From Blastocatellia bacterium (GTDB lineage: Bacteria > Acidobacteriota > Blastocatellia > UBA7656): a stretch of DNA of 64,000 bases. Position numbers and translations under genes: made by a program. The notes beneath the pieces are model-generated. The model had not been told where the DNA came from. It did no database searches and saw only the letters and a program-made list of their open reading frames with translations. This document shows, piece by piece, positions 61,839-64,000 of this stretch; the stretch's first letter is position 1, and every line of letters begins with the position of its first letter. The stretch is from NCBI GenBank assembly GCA_963765495.1, contig CAVXWP010000009.1, positions 672,001 through 736,000 on the forward strand, read 5' to 3'.

Positions 61839-62489
61839 ATGAACCTGTTGAAAGGCAACACATTCTTTGATGGGCCTGCCGGTCGCATCGAAGCCATCCT
61901 GAAAGAGCCTGACCCGCCCGTCACCCGCGCAGCAATCGTCTGTCATCCCCATCCTCTATTTGGCGGGACGATGCACAACAAGGTCGTTTACCGTATAGCG
62001 AAGGCTTTCGAGCAGGCGGGTTTTGCCGTACTGAGATTCAACTTTCGCGGCGCGGGCCGCAGCGAAGGCGCGCACGATGACGGGCGAGGCGAACAGGACG
62101 ACCTGCGCGCCGCCATCCGATTTATCGAAGAGAGATTTCCCAACGCGGAAATCTGGGTAGCCGGTTTCTCATTTGGTTCAAGCGTAATGCTTCGGGCCGT
62201 ATCGGGCGACAAGCGAATCCGCGCCATCGTAGGAGCAGGCGTTCCCGCTTCGAAATACGAATTCGATCACGTCATAGCGTGTGACAGGCCCAAGCTCTTT
62301 GTTCAGGGGTCAAATGACGAGTTCGGATCGATTGCCGATCTTGAGAATCTCTATAATCGCTTTAACGAGCCGAAACAGTTGAAAGTGATCGAAGGAGCCG
62401 ATCATTTCTTTGAAGGCCATCTGGATGAATTGCAAAAGATAGTCGCGGATTTTATACAGAGCGGAACTGATGCGCTCAATGATTCGTGA
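61839..62489 (+). CDS. Alpha/beta hydrolase
   Basis: HPHPLFGGTMHNKVV, GFSFG nucleophile, ADHFF. Confidence 0.92.
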   Translation: MNLLKGNTFFDGPAGRIEAILKEPDPPVTRAAIVCHPHPLFGGTMHNKVVYRIAKAFEQAGFAVLRFNFRGAGRSEGAHDDGRGEQDDLRAAIRFIEERFPNAEIWVAGFSFGSSVMLRAVSGDKRIRAIVGAGVPASKYEFDHVIACDRPKLFVQGSNDEFGSIADLENLYNRFNEPKQLKVIEGADHFFEGHLDELQKIVADFIQSGTDALNDS

Positions 62490-62564
62490 TTCGTGATTCG
62501 TGATTCGGAGAGAGATAGCTATCTGTTAACGTTTGTTTGCCTTAAAGTCACGCATCACGCATTA
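62480..62564. repeat. Heptamer arrays (TGATTCG)4 ... (TCACGCA)2
   Basis: Direct reading. Confidence 0.8.
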
Positions 62565-62613
62565 TTCGTAGGTCAGCATCATTTCCAGTTCGGCGGGGTT
62601 TGTAGCGGCGAGT

Positions 62614-63392
62614 GGTAGTGCTAAGAAAGTAATGCTGGCTCTTTGAAAAAATCAGGGCGACCCGCTGTAATAGAAGTGTCTGACTTTTACTTACAAGGAG
62701 CCGCCCACATGAACAACCTTTGTTGCCCACACTGCCGATTATCTCATATCAAAAAGAATGGTCACACTCATTATGGCAAACAGAACTTTCAATGCCTCAA
62801 TTGCTCTCGCCAGTTCGTCGCTCAATCTCAACGCATTGACGACTCGACCAGACAACTTGTCAAACGGCTCTTGCTCGAACGTATCTCGCTTCGTGGCATC
62901 TGTCGCGTACTCGACCTCTCCCTTGAGTGACTCTTGCACTACATCGCTGAGGTTTATGACCAACTTCCTGATCATCTGTATGCCAAATCGAGCAACCCTT
63001 TTCAAACTATTCAACTACTGCGATTGAAGGCAGAAGCCGATGAAATGTGGAGTTTTGTGGGGAAGAAATCACTCAAGCAATGGATATGGCTGGCCTTCGA
63101 TCCCCAGACAAAACAGGTGCTGGCATTCTATGTAGGAGATCGAAGTCGAAACAGCGCCAGACAATTATGGAAGCGAATACCAGCGGAGTATCGTCAGCGG
63201 GCAACCTTCTACACAGACGATTGGGAAGCATACAAGGGAGTGGGCACACAAACGGGGTGGAGCGATTCAACTGCACGCTGAGGCAAAGGGTATCGAGGTT
63301 GGTGAGGGATACATTGTCATTTTCAAAGAAGTTGGAGAACCATATAGGAGCGATAAAGTATTTCATCTGTCACTATAATCAAGAGGTAGCTG
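62614..63392 (+). mobile_element. Degraded IS1-family element (InsA Zn-finger + InsB DDE in one frame; nonsense, frameshift, right end missing)
   Basis: Left end GGTAGTG; CPHC..KKNG..GKQNFQCLNC, ADEMWSFVGKK, YTDDW, ERFNCTLRQR..LSFSK; TGA at 62928-62930; frame change near 63243. Confidence 0.88.
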
Positions 63393-63490
63393 CTAGTGTT
63401 TCATCGCAATGATTCTGTAGAATAGATACTCTGCTTTTTCGGGTAATTCTTTGCCATTCTTCCATCAAATTCATTGCGATGAAACACTAG
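63393..63490. mobile_element. 98-bp MITE-like element with perfect 20-bp terminal inverted repeats
   Basis: CTAGTGTTTCATCGCAATGA (63393-63412) and TCATTGCGATGAAACACTAG (63471-63490). Confidence 0.75.
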
Positions 63491-63805
63491 TCCCGCAATC
63501 CAATCATCAGGGATCACTTCGCTGTCGATATCGCCACCCAGCGCCTCTTTATGAGCCCCAGCGATTGGACCCGCATGGAAGGCCCCATAAGTCAGGCCTG
63601 AACGGTGGGTCAGGAGGTCTTCAAATGTGATTGGTCGCTTTGCTGGATCCGTCAGATTGAGCGGGCCTGTGGGCGAGTGCAGGACGCGCATCTGCGAAAA
63701 CTCCGGCGCCCGACGAGTGATCGGATCGCTCAACGCGAACCGGCCTTCCTCAAACAGCATAAGTGCCACCGTAGAGGTAATCGGTTTTGTCATTGAGGCA
63801 ATAGA
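63491..63805 (-). pseudogene. Internal fragment of a class C beta-lactamase-like serine hydrolase
   Basis: IASMTKPIT (SxxK), ITFEDLLTHRSGLTY; both termini missing; cut at the MITE. Confidence 0.8.
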
Positions 63806-64000
63806 TGATCCGATAAATAAAAAATGAAGCGTGCTTGGGCGGCCCACCGTCAGATGGGCACACTTCACCCTTTGCAGTCTGCTTACATAAGGATTCGGTT
63901 GAGATGTACCAATCCGACTACTGCCGACGCTACCATCGGGAACAACCCCATTGCCAGCCGATACTTCTCTCTCATGATCTTGAATCCTTTCACTCTTCTT

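Noticed and set aside
6576-62930. Stop-codon reassignment suggested by TAG (CHAT) and TGA (IS1) at Trp positions
   Set aside because: TAG and TGA terminate many intact genes here and TGG is used normally; both cases are single G-to-A changes in decaying loci
63885-63975. 30-codon minus-strand ORF MREKYRLAMGLF with RBS
   Set aside because: Too short, in a decayed region, no homology recognisable

Overview
GC-rich bacterial chromosomal segment. Gene content (Oar-type TonB receptor, PEGA protein, zf-HC2 anti-sigmas, CHAT protein, heptamer intergenic repeats) suggests Acidobacteriota, probably Blastocatellia; this is an inference. No rRNA, tRNA or CRISPR array was seen. Left end (0.3-8.3 kb): three secreted proteins divergent from a TPR-CHAT protease / ECF sigma / double zinc-finger anti-sigma module that appears to be decaying. 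The CHAT gene has an in-frame TAG and an apparent deletion fuses the sigma N-terminus to the anti-sigma. Next come a DICT-GAF-GGDEF cyclase, an OmpA lipoprotein, an intact ECF/anti-sigma/DUF4097 operon, three secreted amidohydrolase paralogs, a P450, ftsY, PEGA and TonB-receptor genes, and two catalytic + non-catalytic secreted pairs (DUF3857-transglutaminase and M16). The best candidate for an uncharacterised system is an 8-gene operon at 36.4-44.4 kb: speD, Zn-ribbon DUF4178, a 60-aa membrane peptide ending GYRGGK, DUF350, a membrane-fused aminopropyltransferase, a repeat protein, a Tat-lipoprotein flavin oxidase and a membrane protein. It looks like an envelope polyamine-modification system. 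The right end has housekeeping genes, then a degraded IS1-family element, a 98-bp MITE with perfect 20-bp inverted repeats and a serine-hydrolase fragment. All family calls come from motif recognition by eye; no database search was run.
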